Source: Alphaproteobacteria bacterium
GTDB taxonomy: Bacteria; Pseudomonadota; Alphaproteobacteria; Bin95
NCBI GenBank assembly: GCA_965205265.1
Contig: CBDBGH010000003.1
Coordinates: forward strand, 3,712,001-3,776,000
Reading direction: 5' to 3'
DNA length: 64,000 nucleotides
Below, in pieces: positions 9,903-19,638 of this stretch. A program made the translations under genes and the position numbers. Numbering within the stretch: position 1 is the first letter of the stretch; every line of letters starts with the position of its first letter. The notes under the pieces were generated by a model. The model was not told the DNA's origin. It searched no databases and saw only the letters and a list, made by a program, of their open reading frames with translations.

Positions 9903-9957
9903 CTCACTGGGCGGATCGGGGCGTGCCGCGTCCCGACACTGTGCTACCAGACTGGCC

Positions 9958-11601
9958 ATGCCGGCCCTTGCGGAGATCGACCTCGGAACGCTGACGCCCG
10001 AACAGCGGGAAGCGGCGGTGCAGGCAATCGCGGCGCTGGAGGTGCTTCGCGCCGAGAACGAGACGCTGGCGGAAGAGAAGGCCTGTCTCGCGGGCGAGAA
10101 CGAAGTTCTGACGGACCGCAACGGGGCTCAGGCGGAGCGCATCCGCCGTCTCGAACATCTGAACCTCGAACTGATCCGCCTTCTGTATGGCAAGAGGTCG
10201 GAGAAGCTGTCGGCGGACGAGCGCCAGCTGGCGTTCGAGGACCTTGAGGGCGCGGCGGCGGAGATCGAAGCAGCGGCCGCGCCGGAAGATCCGACGCCGG
10301 CCCAATCGCCGAAGCGTCCTCGCCCGGCGCGCAATATCGGCCACTTGCCGGAGCATCTGGAGCGGATCGAGCAGGTGGTCGAGCCGGAGAGCACGCTCTG
10401 CCCCTGCGGCTGCGGGGAGATGGTGAAGATTGGCGAGGATCGCACGGAGCGCCTGGACATCGTGCCGGCGCAGCTTCGGGTGATCGTCACGGTGCGGCCG
10501 AAATACGCCTGCCGGGCCTGCGAACAGGGCGTCACCCAGGCGCCGGCGCCGGCCCGGCTGATCGAGGGCGGGTTGCCGACCGAAGGCGCGATCGCCCATG
10601 TGCTCGTCTCCAAATACCTGGACCATTGCCCGTTGCACCGGCAGGCGCAGGTCTATGCCCGTTCCGGCCTCGATCTGGACCGCTCGACGCTGGCCGGCTG
10701 GGTCGGCAGGGCGTCATTCCATCTGAAACCGGTGGCCGACCGGCTGGCGGAGCATCTCAAGCGCTCTTCGAAGCTGTTCATGGACGAGACGCGGGCGCCG
10801 GTGCTCGATCCGGGCCGCGGCAGGACCAAGACCGGCTGGCTGTGGGCGCTGGCCCGCGACGACCGTGCCTGGAGCGGACCCGACCCGCCGGGCGTTGTGT
10901 ACTTCTATGCGCCCGGGCGCGGCGGTGAATATGCCGAGCGCTTCCTCGACGGCTTCGATGGTATCCTCCAGGTGGATGGCTATGCCGGCTACAACCGGCT
11001 GACTGGACCGAGCCGCAAGGGCGGCGCGCCGATACGGCTGGCTTACTGCTGGTCCCACGCGAGGCGCCGGCTCCGCGAGATCTACGACAGCAGCGGCTCC
11101 GAGATCGCGGCAGAGGGCCTGCGCCGGATCGCCGAGCTCTACGCCATCGAGGCCGACATCCGCGGCAGCCCGCCCGAGCAACGTCTCGCAGAACGACACG
11201 CGCGCTCCGCGCCCCTGGTCGAGGCCTTCGGCGACTGGCTGAAGCAGCAGCGCGCCCGCATCTCGCCCAAGTCCCGCCTCGGCGAGAAGCTCGCCTATAT
11301 CGCCCGTCACTGGGACGGCCTCCGGCTGTTCCTCGCCGACGGCCGCGTCGAGATGGACAGCAATGCCGTCGAGAACCTCGCCCGGCCGATTGCCCTTACA
11401 AGGAAAAACGCGCTCTTCGCGGGTCACGACGAAGGCGCAGTCGCCTGGGGCCGGATCGCTTCACTCACCCAGACCGCCAGGTTGAACGGGGTCGAGCCCT
11501 ACGCCTGGCTCAAGGCCACCCTCGAAGCCATCGCGGTCGGCCATCCCAACGACCGCATCGACGACCTGCTCCCGTGGAACTTCAAGCCGTCGTCAAGCTG
11601 A
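9958..11601 (+). CDS. tnpC: IS66 transposase TnpC
   Basis: CPCGC/C.AC Zn motif, FMDET, QVDGYAGY, CW.HARR, DSNAVE and LLPWN. Confidence 0.95.
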   Translation: MPALAEIDLGTLTPEQREAAVQAIAALEVLRAENETLAEEKACLAGENEVLTDRNGAQAERIRRLEHLNLELIRLLYGKRSEKLSADERQLAFEDLEGAAAEIEAAAAPEDPTPAQSPKRPRPARNIGHLPEHLERIEQVVEPESTLCPCGCGEMVKIGEDRTERLDIVPAQLRVIVTVRPKYACRACEQGVTQAPAPARLIEGGLPTEGAIAHVLVSKYLDHCPLHRQAQVYARSGLDLDRSTLAGWVGRASFHLKPVADRLAEHLKRSSKLFMDETRAPVLDPGRGRTKTGWLWALARDDRAWSGPDPPGVVYFYAPGRGGEYAERFLDGFDGILQVDGYAGYNRLTGPSRKGGAPIRLAYCWSHARRRLREIYDSSGSEIAAEGLRRIAELYAIEADIRGSPPEQRLAERHARSAPLVEAFGDWLKQQRARISPKSRLGEKLAYIARHWDGLRLFLADGRVEMDSNAVENLARPIALTRKNALFAGHDEGAVAWGRIASLTQTARLNGVEPYAWLKATLEAIAVGHPNDRIDDLLPWNFKPSSS

Positions 11602-11630
11602 AATCCGGGTGACCCGCCCGCATCGCTTAC

Positions 11631-11769
11631 GCTCGTTCCAGACATACCCGCCGTCATATGTGCCTCCCTCGGTATCGGCCCCGACAACCATCCCGGTATC
11701 CAAAGCCAAAATTCCGCTTCCGAAGCCCACCTCTCCTTGAAATTCCAATCTGTAAAAGCCCTCTCGCAT
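11631..11769 (-). pseudogene. 5' fragment of a GrlR-like beta-barrel protein, cut by IS66
   Basis: MREGFYRLEFQG..GFGSGIL.L..G.VVG.D.....Y.G.Y reading into the IS66 right end. Confidence 0.5.
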
Positions 11770-11977
11770 CAGAACCGCCTTCCAGTTTGTCGCCACGAAA
11801 CATTCAGCGTCCAATTACAGGGCGAGGCTCTAAAGCGCCATAGCCGAGCAGTGAGCCATTGAGTAAGCACCTTGTCTCTTGCCTTCACGCTTCCTGCTGG
11901 CGAACAACTTGCCTCTGGGTATTCGATCATGACGGATCGTATTGTTTCCCGCACTAGCTCACTAGGGTAAGCGTTAG

Positions 11978-12384
11978 CAGGCTGCGGAAGAACGCGGTAA
12001 GTCGAGGTCCTTATGAGCCCTGTCAGCGTGAACGTGTCGATGGGGTCGATTTCTTCGGAGGGAATGAGCCGGCGGATTTCGTCGCAGCGGTGCGGCACTG
12101 CGGACCCCCGCCTTCGCGAGGGCAGGCGGGAAGCCTTGTCGGCCCCGGCGCCGGTGTGACGGAGCGCCCAACGGCGGTCCTGCGCCGGGTCCCGGCGGTC
12201 CTGCGGCAGCCTTCAAGAGCTTCGGCAGGCGGATCAGATCGTAGGCGGCCAGCGCCAGGGTGGACTGCCAGTCAACCCGAGCCAGGCCGCGATGCCGGGT
12301 CTTCGAGAAGCGCGCCACCGTCTTCACCCAGCCGAAGACCTCCTCGATCCGTTTGCGGTGAACCTGGCTGGCTTGATACCCCTC
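11978..12384 (-). mobile_element. IS5-family remnant (transposase C-terminus plus right end)
   Basis: GYQASQVHRKRIEEVFGWVKTV....KTRHRGL.RV......LAAY.LIRLPKLL; terminus TTCTTCCGCAGCCTG followed by CTA. Confidence 0.75.
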
Positions 12385-12658
12385 GCTCGCCGCCCTGCAC
12401 GGTATTGAGAACGTGCTTCACACGAGGACGGAACTGATTCTCCAAGCCGGCCAGGACCCCCGACTCCAACGATTCCCCGATTTCCTTCGCCGCGTAGTAG
12501 TCCCTTCTTCTGAAGACATTCCTCGCCCTGCTCCTGAAGCACGTCCTCGGATTCACGCGTGCAACATGAAGCATGCCCTCTCGGTCCGTGAACTCCTCCA
12601 GAAGCCATCTGGGGAGCGTGTGGTGCTGTATGCGCGATACCAGGGCGGGCACACCCAA
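12385..12658 (-). pseudogene. DUF4238-like protein, N-terminal fragment
   Basis: QHHTLPRWLLEEF...F...DYY....E..LA.LE motif, fused to the IS5 remnant. Confidence 0.6.
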
Positions 12659-12923
12659 TGCCGCGCTCAGGTCCGACAGCAGGATGCCCGCACATGGATG
12701 CCAGACCCCCGCAAACCCACACCCGGAGCGACCCCGAAGCGGCGCGCCGGAGATACTGGAACATCGTGGTCCCGCTGCTCCTCATACAGGCCGCCCAAAA
12801 CGAAGAGCGCCGAAGTCGCCTCGCCGCAGCCCGGCAACTGCGCGGCACCGATCGGAACCGCGAACGTCCCGGAGGCGGGACGCGCAGCAAGACAATGGAA
12901 GCCTGAAACCCGGCGCCTGCCGG

Positions 12924-13589
12924 CTATGGCTGTGCGAGCCCCAACAATACGGCGCCCGGCGCCTGCCGGCGCAAGTCGGCCAGGGTCCGGCCCGTCTGGC
13001 GCCCGTCCACCGCGACACCGCCGCGGTCGAGCTTCGGGCATTTGTCGAGCGCGACCTGCGGCCACTTCGCCTGGAACCAGCCCTCGTTCCAGTCGAGCCA
13101 GGCCTTGCCCTTGACCGGCCGGAACCGCCACAGCAGGCGGCCCGTGCCCGGATCGTAATGGATCACCGTCGGGTTGATGCGGAGACGGTTTTCAGCACGG
13201 CCACGGTCCGCCGACGCAAACAATTTCCCCCGCCCGCGGCTGTCGGCGGCAACGCTCCAGTCTCCGTTCTGGAGCCAAGCCTTGCCCTTGCCGTTGACGG
13301 CGCAGCCGGCCCAGCGGCCGGCTTCATCGAACCGCCGCACCAAGAGAAACCCGCGAGCGCGCCCCGCCTTGCGCTCCGTGACCTGCACCGGGCCCGACAG
13401 GAGGCCACGCAACTGCTCCGGCGAGAAGCGGCCGGCTTCCTCCGCGGGAACCGGAGACTGTGCTTGGGTCGCCAGCGGTCCGGCTTCCCTGGCGGGAGCT
13501 TGTGTCTGCGCCAGCGCCGGGCCTGACAGTGCCAGCACCGCAATCAGGGCCAGACCGGCCGCAGGCCCGCGTCTCAGTGCATTCAGCAT
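12924..13589 (-). CDS. Hypothetical exported protein
   Basis: Signal peptide ending ALA-Q; GAGGGAG RBS. Confidence 0.65.
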   Translation of the reverse strand: MLNALRRGPAAGLALIAVLALSGPALAQTQAPAREAGPLATQAQSPVPAEEAGRFSPEQLRGLLSGPVQVTERKAGRARGFLLVRRFDEAGRWAGCAVNGKGKAWLQNGDWSVAADSRGRGKLFASADRGRAENRLRINPTVIHYDPGTGRLLWRFRPVKGKAWLDWNEGWFQAKWPQVALDKCPKLDRGGVAVDGRQTGRTLADLRRQAPGAVLLGLAQP

Positions 13590-13714
13590 GTTGGCTCCCT
13601 CTTGCATGGGCACCCCCGGTCGCCGTCGCTCGAAACCTCGGCGCCCGGCACGGCGCGAAGGTCCTTACCGCCTGCCTCCGAATGCGTCGGTCGGACCGGC
13701 CCGGCGCAGGCCGC

Positions 13715-14017
13715 TCAGGACGCGCGCCACCATGCCTTCCGCCGTCCGTCGCGGATGTGCTTCATGCCGAACCGGATGGCCACAATGCCCCCCAGTATGA
13801 GAAGCAGGGTCAGAAGGTCGGAATTCGAGCCGGTGCTGTAACCCGAAAACAGGTAAGCGACTCCGATCAGGGCCGCGGGAACGCCGAAAACCAGGCACGC
13901 AACGCCCCTTATGGCGCGTCCCACATGCCGGGTATAGACGGCGCCGCAGGCGCGGCATACCTCATACGCGCCCACCTCGGTCCCGCAATGACCGCAGACA
14001 TTGCTCTCCGTATTCAC
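13715..14017 (-). CDS. Zinc-ribbon, two-TM membrane protein
   Basis: CGHC..CRAC followed by two hydrophobic helices; GGAGG RBS, GTG start. Confidence 0.7.
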   Translation of the reverse strand: MNTESNVCGHCGTEVGAYEVCRACGAVYTRHVGRAIRGVACLVFGVPAALIGVAYLFSGYSTGSNSDLLTLLLILGGIVAIRFGMKHIRDGRRKAWWRAS

Positions 14018-14032
14018 GTTGCTTCCTCCGCC

Positions 14033-14728
14033 TCACATGTCATAAAGCGCTTTACAGCGTTCGCGATGCCGGAGCCGTAACTTCTCCATGATCTCCGGAT
14101 TATCGCTATGCGGGCCTTCATATGCCTCTTCGTATATTTTTCTGCGGGTCTCTTCCGGTTTGGCGATGGCAGCCTTGTAGGCGTCATCGATTTCCTTGTT
14201 CGCCCTGATGTATTTTTTCCTTAGCGCTTGGATCTTTGTATCGCGTTCCTTCAGCGCCTGGTCCCGGGTGTCGTAGTAAACATCCTTAACGGCCCGTATC
14301 TCCTTTCCTTCGGCATCATTCAATTTCCTGAGTTTAGCATTGAAATGCTTCTCGAGTTGCTCTCTCTTGTCGCCATAGAGTTGTTCTCTATCGGGAAGGA
14401 GTGCGATGGCTTTGCGTTTTTCAGTTTTCAGTGCATATCTGGCAGCGTTGTATTTTTCTTCTATTGGTGGAATAGCCTTGTATCTGATAGCTGACGCAGG
14501 ACGTTCAACATCTCTATAAGCTGCTCTCGCTTCAGCTTCCCCGGCGCTGATCCTGGAGCCAATGGCATTTCTTTCATTGTAAGCTCTTTCACCTGCTTCT
14601 TCTGTGGCGACCTTGAATTCGCTATCGGCTTCCGCATATTTGACGCAACTTTCCAGACTTGGATCATTTGCCAAAGCCGGAGTAGCGATAGCGGAGACAA
14701 GAGCGGTTGCAAGCAGCAGTGTGCGCAT
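14033..14728 (-). CDS. Hypothetical exported coiled-coil protein
   Basis: Signal peptide ending ALA-N; K/E/R/A-rich helical body with one Cys near each end; lower GC. Confidence 0.75.
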   Translation of the reverse strand: MRTLLLATALVSAIATPALANDPSLESCVKYAEADSEFKVATEEAGERAYNERNAIGSRISAGEAEARAAYRDVERPASAIRYKAIPPIEEKYNAARYALKTEKRKAIALLPDREQLYGDKREQLEKHFNAKLRKLNDAEGKEIRAVKDVYYDTRDQALKERDTKIQALRKKYIRANKEIDDAYKAAIAKPEETRRKIYEEAYEGPHSDNPEIMEKLRLRHRERCKALYDM

Positions 14729-15328
14729 GAGTACGCCTTCCCGGTTGATGCAGTGTTGTCAGGTGCGGAGGTTCCGGAGCCGTCGGGATTTGCCGGCCGG
14801 CGCATCTGCCGCGACGACGCTGAACGGCTCGAACGCGTCGACGAACCGGAACAGATCCTCGAGCAGCGCGAAGGCCGACGCGAGATCGTCCGGACCCGGC
14901 GCCTCCTGGGCCAGAACGGGACCGTGAAAGCCGATGACCGCCGCGGCAGCCGGAATTCCCGTCGGCATACGCATGGGACCCTCCCCCCAGTCGATGCGGA
15001 ACGGTCCCGGCTGGCGCCGGGCCGTTGTCAACATCACACGCGAAGTGGAAGTCCCGCCTATTCGCCGGGCTCGGGTAGCTACTCCCTCGCCGGGTTCGGC
15101 TGTTCTATTCGGCAGGCGACCCGACAGAGCGGGCGCGTGCAATGTTGACGAAGCAAATCTGTCACGGAACGGGACGGGAAGTCGAGTCCCATCCGCGTCT
15201 TTCGGGATTCCCGCAACGGGACGCCTTATCGAGGGAATCTCTTTGCCCGGGACCTTCACCGTCTCCGGGACGGACGGTAGAAGGGATATTCGATCCGAAT
15301 TTCCGTCAAAAGGGAAAAGCGTTTCAGC

Positions 15329-16150
15329 ATGACATATCCGCTTTCAGGACCGGGCGCCGCAACGCGCATTTCGGCGACGGTCAAATGGTACGACCCGGCG
15401 AAAGGCTACGGCTTCCTCATTCCGGACGACGGCTCGCCCGACATCTACTGCCGGGTCTCGGCATTGAGCGCAGTAGGCCTCGACGCCCTTCTACCCGGGG
15501 CGACAATCACCTGCGAGACGGCGCCGGCCGCGCGCGGGCCGGAGGTCTCCCGGATCCTGTCCATCGACTTTTCCACGGCCGAGCCCCGCTCGGTGTCGCT
15601 TGCCCGGCCGGCCGCCAACGGACATCCCGCCGCCGCTTCCGGCGGCCAGGTCCGGGCCATCGTCAAATGGTTCCACACGGACAAGGGCTATGGCTTTCTG
15701 GAGCGCGAGGACGGGTCCGGCGACCTGTTCTGCCACATGACTGTCGTGCAGGCTTCGGGCCGGGATGCGCTCCCGCAGGGCGCGGTGGTTACCTGCGCGA
15801 TCGTCCAGGGAGATCGGGGACCGCAGGTATCCCGGATTTTCTCCGTCGAGGCCCCGATCGGCAGCCCTGGTCCGGCGGACCGCAGTCGGCCGCTGGACCT
15901 GCGGCACCCGGGTCAGCAGACCGACAGTCTCCGGCCGGTGGGCATGGAGTTGCCTGGCAGCGTCAAGTTCTTCGACCCGGAGAGAGGGTTCGGCTTTGTC
16001 GTGCCGGACGAGGGCGATCGCGAGGTGTTCGTCCATTCGAGCGTGCTGTTCCGCTCCGGCATGACCGACCTGGAGCCGGGGCAGCGCGTGTTCGTCCGGG
16101 TGGAAAGCGTGCCCCGCGGGCTCCAGGCGACGCAGATAGAGCCGCTGTGA
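15329..16150 (+). CDS. Cold-shock protein with three CSD domains
   Basis: Three VK(W/F)(Y/F)....G(Y/F)GF RNP1 motifs, each followed by an RNP2-like motif. Confidence 0.9.
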   Translation: MTYPLSGPGAATRISATVKWYDPAKGYGFLIPDDGSPDIYCRVSALSAVGLDALLPGATITCETAPAARGPEVSRILSIDFSTAEPRSVSLARPAANGHPAAASGGQVRAIVKWFHTDKGYGFLEREDGSGDLFCHMTVVQASGRDALPQGAVVTCAIVQGDRGPQVSRIFSVEAPIGSPGPADRSRPLDLRHPGQQTDSLRPVGMELPGSVKFFDPERGFGFVVPDEGDREVFVHSSVLFRSGMTDLEPGQRVFVRVESVPRGLQATQIEPL

Positions 16151-16174
16151 GCGGTCCGGCCGCTGGATCGGGCC

Positions 16175-16471
16175 ATGGAGAACAGAACCATGAATGAACG
16201 TGACGCGCCGCAGTCGGCCTCTGCGGAGGAGGAAGCCCGGATCGGCGACACGCCGGCGGTTTTCGCGAACAAGGTCTATGTGTCGCCCATGCCGGGCGGG
16301 GCGAAGATCACATTTGCCGAAGCGCAACGGGTGTCCGGGGCGGACCACGCCTCGCCAAGGGTGGCGGTATTCCTGCAACACGCCGATCTCGCTGCGCTGC
16401 GCCGCCTGCTCGACTGGACAGCGGGCGCCGCCGACACGCCGCCGGAGGGCTTCGGCGGCTCGATGCACTGA
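16175..16471 (+). CDS. Hypothetical protein
   Basis: 97-98 aa ORF in operon position; PAVFANKVYV...KITFAE beta-rich motif. Confidence 0.6.
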   Translation: MENRTMNERDAPQSASAEEEARIGDTPAVFANKVYVSPMPGGAKITFAEAQRVSGADHASPRVAVFLQHADLAALRRLLDWTAGAADTPPEGFGGSMH

Positions 16472-16900
16472 ACTGCGCGACGGTCCGACCCTCGAACGCC
16501 GTCGTCGCGCCCATCCCGAACCGGAGCGCTCCATGGCCGACAGCCCGATCCGTGATGACCGGATGTCATTCCTGCTCGTCAGAGCAATGGCCCAGCAATG
16601 TGTGCGCAACACGGCGCTGGAGGACCTTCACGCCGGGCCGATGCCGCTCACCAGAACCGGGGACTGGTCCGACGTGACGGTGGTCGATGCCGAGGGCCGG
16701 CACATACCTTGGCCGGAGGTGTCGCATTTCGGCGACGACGCCATGCGCGAACTCATGCGCGAGATCGTCGACAATCTCTACACTTTCCTGCTCCTCTCCC
16801 GCGAACCCGGCTTCCTGGTGTTAGCGACGGTTAGGAAGGGCGTTTATTTGCTGGCGCGGAACGGCCGGTTTGTGCGGCTTGCGAGCAGCGTCGCATGGGT

Positions 16901-17956
16901 TAGAGCAGATTCGTTTCATTTGGGTTCATATCCGCATGCAGTGAAGAAGCTTCGGGCGTCCTGTGGAGTGACAGCATCGATGGCGTCGCGGATCGCATCC
17001 CAGAGCGTATGGACGGAGCGTGCTGCGGCCTTTTTCAGGAGAGCCTTGATTTTGGAGAAGGCCATCTCGATGGGGTTGAAGTCGGGGCTGTAGGGCGGCA
17101 GGAACAGGATGCCGGCGCCTGTGGCCTCGATAGCTTCTCGGATGGCGATGGGCTTGTGGGCCGGCAGATTGTCGAGGATGACGGTGTCGCCTGGCCTCAG
17201 GGTCGGGGCCAGGACCTGTTCGACATAGGCAAGGAAGGCTGCCCCGGTCATCGCCCCATCGATGGTCATGGGGGCGAGGATGCCGTCGAGCGTGAGGCCG
17301 GCGACCAAAGTGGTGGTCTTCCAGTGACCATGGGGGACGGGAGCGCGGCAACGCTCGCCCCTGGGAGCCCGGCCATACATGCGGGCCATCTTGGTCGAGG
17401 TCCCGCTTTCGTCGATGAAGATCAGGCGCTCGGGGTCGAGCCCGGGCTGGTCTTCGAACCAGGCCTGACGCCGGCGTGCGACGTCCGGTCGGTCCTGCTC
17501 GGCAGCATGGGCCGTCTTTTTTTGCGCGTGATGCCGCGACGCTTGAAGAACCCATGCACCACGCTGGGCGGCGGCCGGTAGCCGACCGCCTCCTCAAGCC
17601 TGGCCGCGATCTCCTGGAGGGTCAGGTCGGGCTCCACCTCAACCCACCCCATGATCAGATCGCCGTGACCCTCAATGCGCCCTGGACGGCTACCGCCGCG
17701 TGGCTTCGGCGAGAGGTCGCCTGTCAGGCGCGATTGGCTCACCCAGCGGATCGCAGACGACACCCCGACGCCAAAACGCGCCGCAGCCTGCCGACGCGAC
17801 ATCCCGGACTCAACCGCTGCAACCACGCGCCGACGAAGATCAACAGAAAGAGACTGCGCCATGCGAGCTGGCCTCCTTCACCAGCCCCCATCGTGAATCA
17901 CATAATCCGCCAATTGGGAATCCCTCAACGATTCAATCGCCCGCGAATTCGCTCTA
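16901..17956 (-). mobile_element. IS630-family element nested in the IS21 element
   Basis: TA duplication at both ends; IRs TAGAGCAGATTCG and TAGAGCGAATTCG. Confidence 0.9.
16916..17862 (-). CDS. IS630 transposase (two ORFs joined by a programmed frameshift)
   Basis: orfA HTH ([14 protein letters not shown]); A7 slippery run at 17517-17523; orfB FIDE, DNL.AH and [12 protein letters not shown]. Confidence 0.9.
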
Positions 17957-17966
17957 GGTGTTGCGT

Positions 17967-18860
17967 TCATCTGATTGGGCGGTCATCGGTTTCGAGCGGC
18001 TCGCCGTCGCGGTCACGGATGAGCATGTCGTTCCAGTCCTGGTTTTCGAGGGCCGGTCGCATTCGGACGATTCTTGTGTCGTTGTCTTGCATGCGGCGGG
18101 CGGCGTGATCGCCGTATCGTGTAGCGTCCCAGGCACAGAAGATACGGCGCGGGTTCCAGGCCTCGACCCATTTGGGGATTCTGGCCGTGATGGCGCCGGT
18201 GGAGACGACGGCGCATTTGCTGCGTTTTTCCGGGACGAGGTGGAGGGAGAGGATCGACAGGGCGTCGAGGGCGCTGCCGGTGAGGATGACGGTGCCGGGC
18301 CAGTCGGGCTCCCATGACATCCAGAAGCCGCCGTCTGCGGCCGGCTCCTGCGCTGCGGGGAGGGTCTCTATGCCGACCACCTTGCTGGCGGCGTTTCGGC
18401 GGAGGAACACGGGATTGCCGCGCCGGTCGGCACGGATCAGGCCGAGGCCTCGGCATAGCTCGACGAGCGCGTCGGCGAGGCCGCGCTGCTCGATGAGGTA
18501 TTGCCGCAGCGCCGGCCAGCGAGGGTCCTGGCACGAGGGCTCCGCCTCACAGCGACTGTTCGGGAGCCGTGAGTGGCGCGGCAGTTGGGCGAGGAAGTCG
18601 AGGGCTTCGGTCGTTGGGCATCCGAGCGCATGAACCGCCAGCTGGATGGCCCCGGCGCCTCCCTCTCCGCGCAGATGGTCGTAGAACATGAAGCGGTTGA
18701 TGGAGAGGACCGAACCGGCTCGTCTCCAGCGCGCGGCATCGGCGGGATCGCGGCGATAGCCGAGGGCGTGGACCACGTCTTCGAGGGGGCAGCTTCGCAG
18801 CCCCTCGGCCCGCAGGCGGCGATCCCATGGATGCAGATGCTGCACGGCTGGCTCAGGCAT
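17967..18860 (-). CDS. DUF3991/Toprim-like protein with degenerate acidic motifs
   Basis: GG.GAI.L..H......EAL.FL, YL...RGL, LI.AD.RGN.VF, T(G)SALDALS, WDAT..G and QDWND; overlaps the istB stop by 8 bp. Confidence 0.75.
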   Translation of the reverse strand: MPEPAVQHLHPWDRRLRAEGLRSCPLEDVVHALGYRRDPADAARWRRAGSVLSINRFMFYDHLRGEGGAGAIQLAVHALGCPTTEALDFLAQLPRHSRLPNSRCEAEPSCQDPRWPALRQYLIEQRGLADALVELCRGLGLIRADRRGNPVFLRRNAASKVVGIETLPAAQEPAADGGFWMSWEPDWPGTVILTGSALDALSILSLHLVPEKRSKCAVVSTGAITARIPKWVEAWNPRRIFCAWDATRYGDHAARRMQDNDTRIVRMRPALENQDWNDMLIRDRDGEPLETDDRPIR

Positions 18861-19638
18861 CCCCCGTGTCTTGCGCCGTGCTCTTGCCCGCTCCTTTTGC
18901 CGATCGCCGCCGGCGGCGATCGGCGCTGCGCTGCTTCTGGCGTTCCTCGGCCTCCTTGCGGCGGTATGAGTCGCCGTCGATGGCGAGGATCTCGGCATTG
19001 TGGACGAGCCGGTCGACAAGGGCCACGAGGCAGGCGGCGTTGGGGAAGGCCTCGCTCCACTCGGCGAAGGGGCGGTTTGTGGTGATGATGGTGGAGCGCT
19101 GCTGGCTGCGGCTTGAGACGATATTGAACAGCAGGTCGGCATGACGGTTGGAGTAGGAGAGATATCCGACTTCGTCGATGACCAGGAGGTGCTGGCGGGC
19201 GTAGAAGCGCAGCCTGCGCTGGAGCATTGTGTCGGAGTCGATGGCGGCGAGCTCGCCGAGCAGGCTGGCGGCGGTTGCGAAGCGCACGGTGTGGCCTTCG
19301 AGGACGGCGCGGTGTGCGATATTGGCGGCGATTGTGGACTTGCCGACGCCGTTGGGGCCGATGAGGACGACATTGGCGCCCTCGCGGAGGAAGTTGAGGG
19401 TCATGAGGTCCTCGACGGCCATGCGGTCGCATCGCCTTGGCCAGTCCCAGTCGAAGTCGGCGAGCGGCTTGAACTGTCCGAGGCGGGCGGCGGTGAGGCG
19501 TCGCCTGAGGCTTCGGCTTCGCCTCTCTTCCTCTTCCCATGCGATCAGGGGCGGGAGCCAGTCGCGCTCCGCAACCTCGCTCCAGTGGGCGAGGAGGCCG
19601 TGCAGTCCGAGCGCCGTGGCGCGGTCCTTGAGGGTCAT
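18853..19638 (-). CDS. istB: IS21 helper ATPase IstB
   Basis: Walker A GPNGVGKS, Walker [16 protein letters not shown] and DRLVH. Confidence 0.95.
   Translation of the reverse strand: MTLKDRATALGLHGLLAHWSEVAERDWLPPLIAWEEEERRSRSLRRRLTAARLGQFKPLADFDWDWPRRCDRMAVEDLMTLNFLREGANVVLIGPNGVGKSTIAANIAHRAVLEGHTVRFATAASLLGELAAIDSDTMLQRRLRFYARQHLLVIDEVGYLSYSNRHADLLFNIVSSRSQQRSTIITTNRPFAEWSEAFPNAACLVALVDRLVHNAEILAIDGDSYRRKEAEERQKQRSADRRRRRSAKGAGKSTAQDTGDA

Larger units (their letters stand above)
9071..11630 (+). mobile_element. IS66-family element, copy 1 (no target-site duplication)
   Basis: Termini GTATGCGGTGCG.. and ..CGCATCGCTTAC; tnpA-tnpB-tnpC; 8-bp flanks GACGGAGC and GCTCGTTC differ. Confidence 0.9.

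Noticed and set aside
11769-12098. 109-aa minus-strand ORF
   Set aside because: Crosses the IS5 remnant terminus and has no recognisable motif.
16564-16573. TGTCATTCCT as the inverted partner of the tRNA-side sequence TGTCATTCCTAAAC
   Set aside because: Lies inside a coding frame, the match stops at 10 bp, and there is no TSD.
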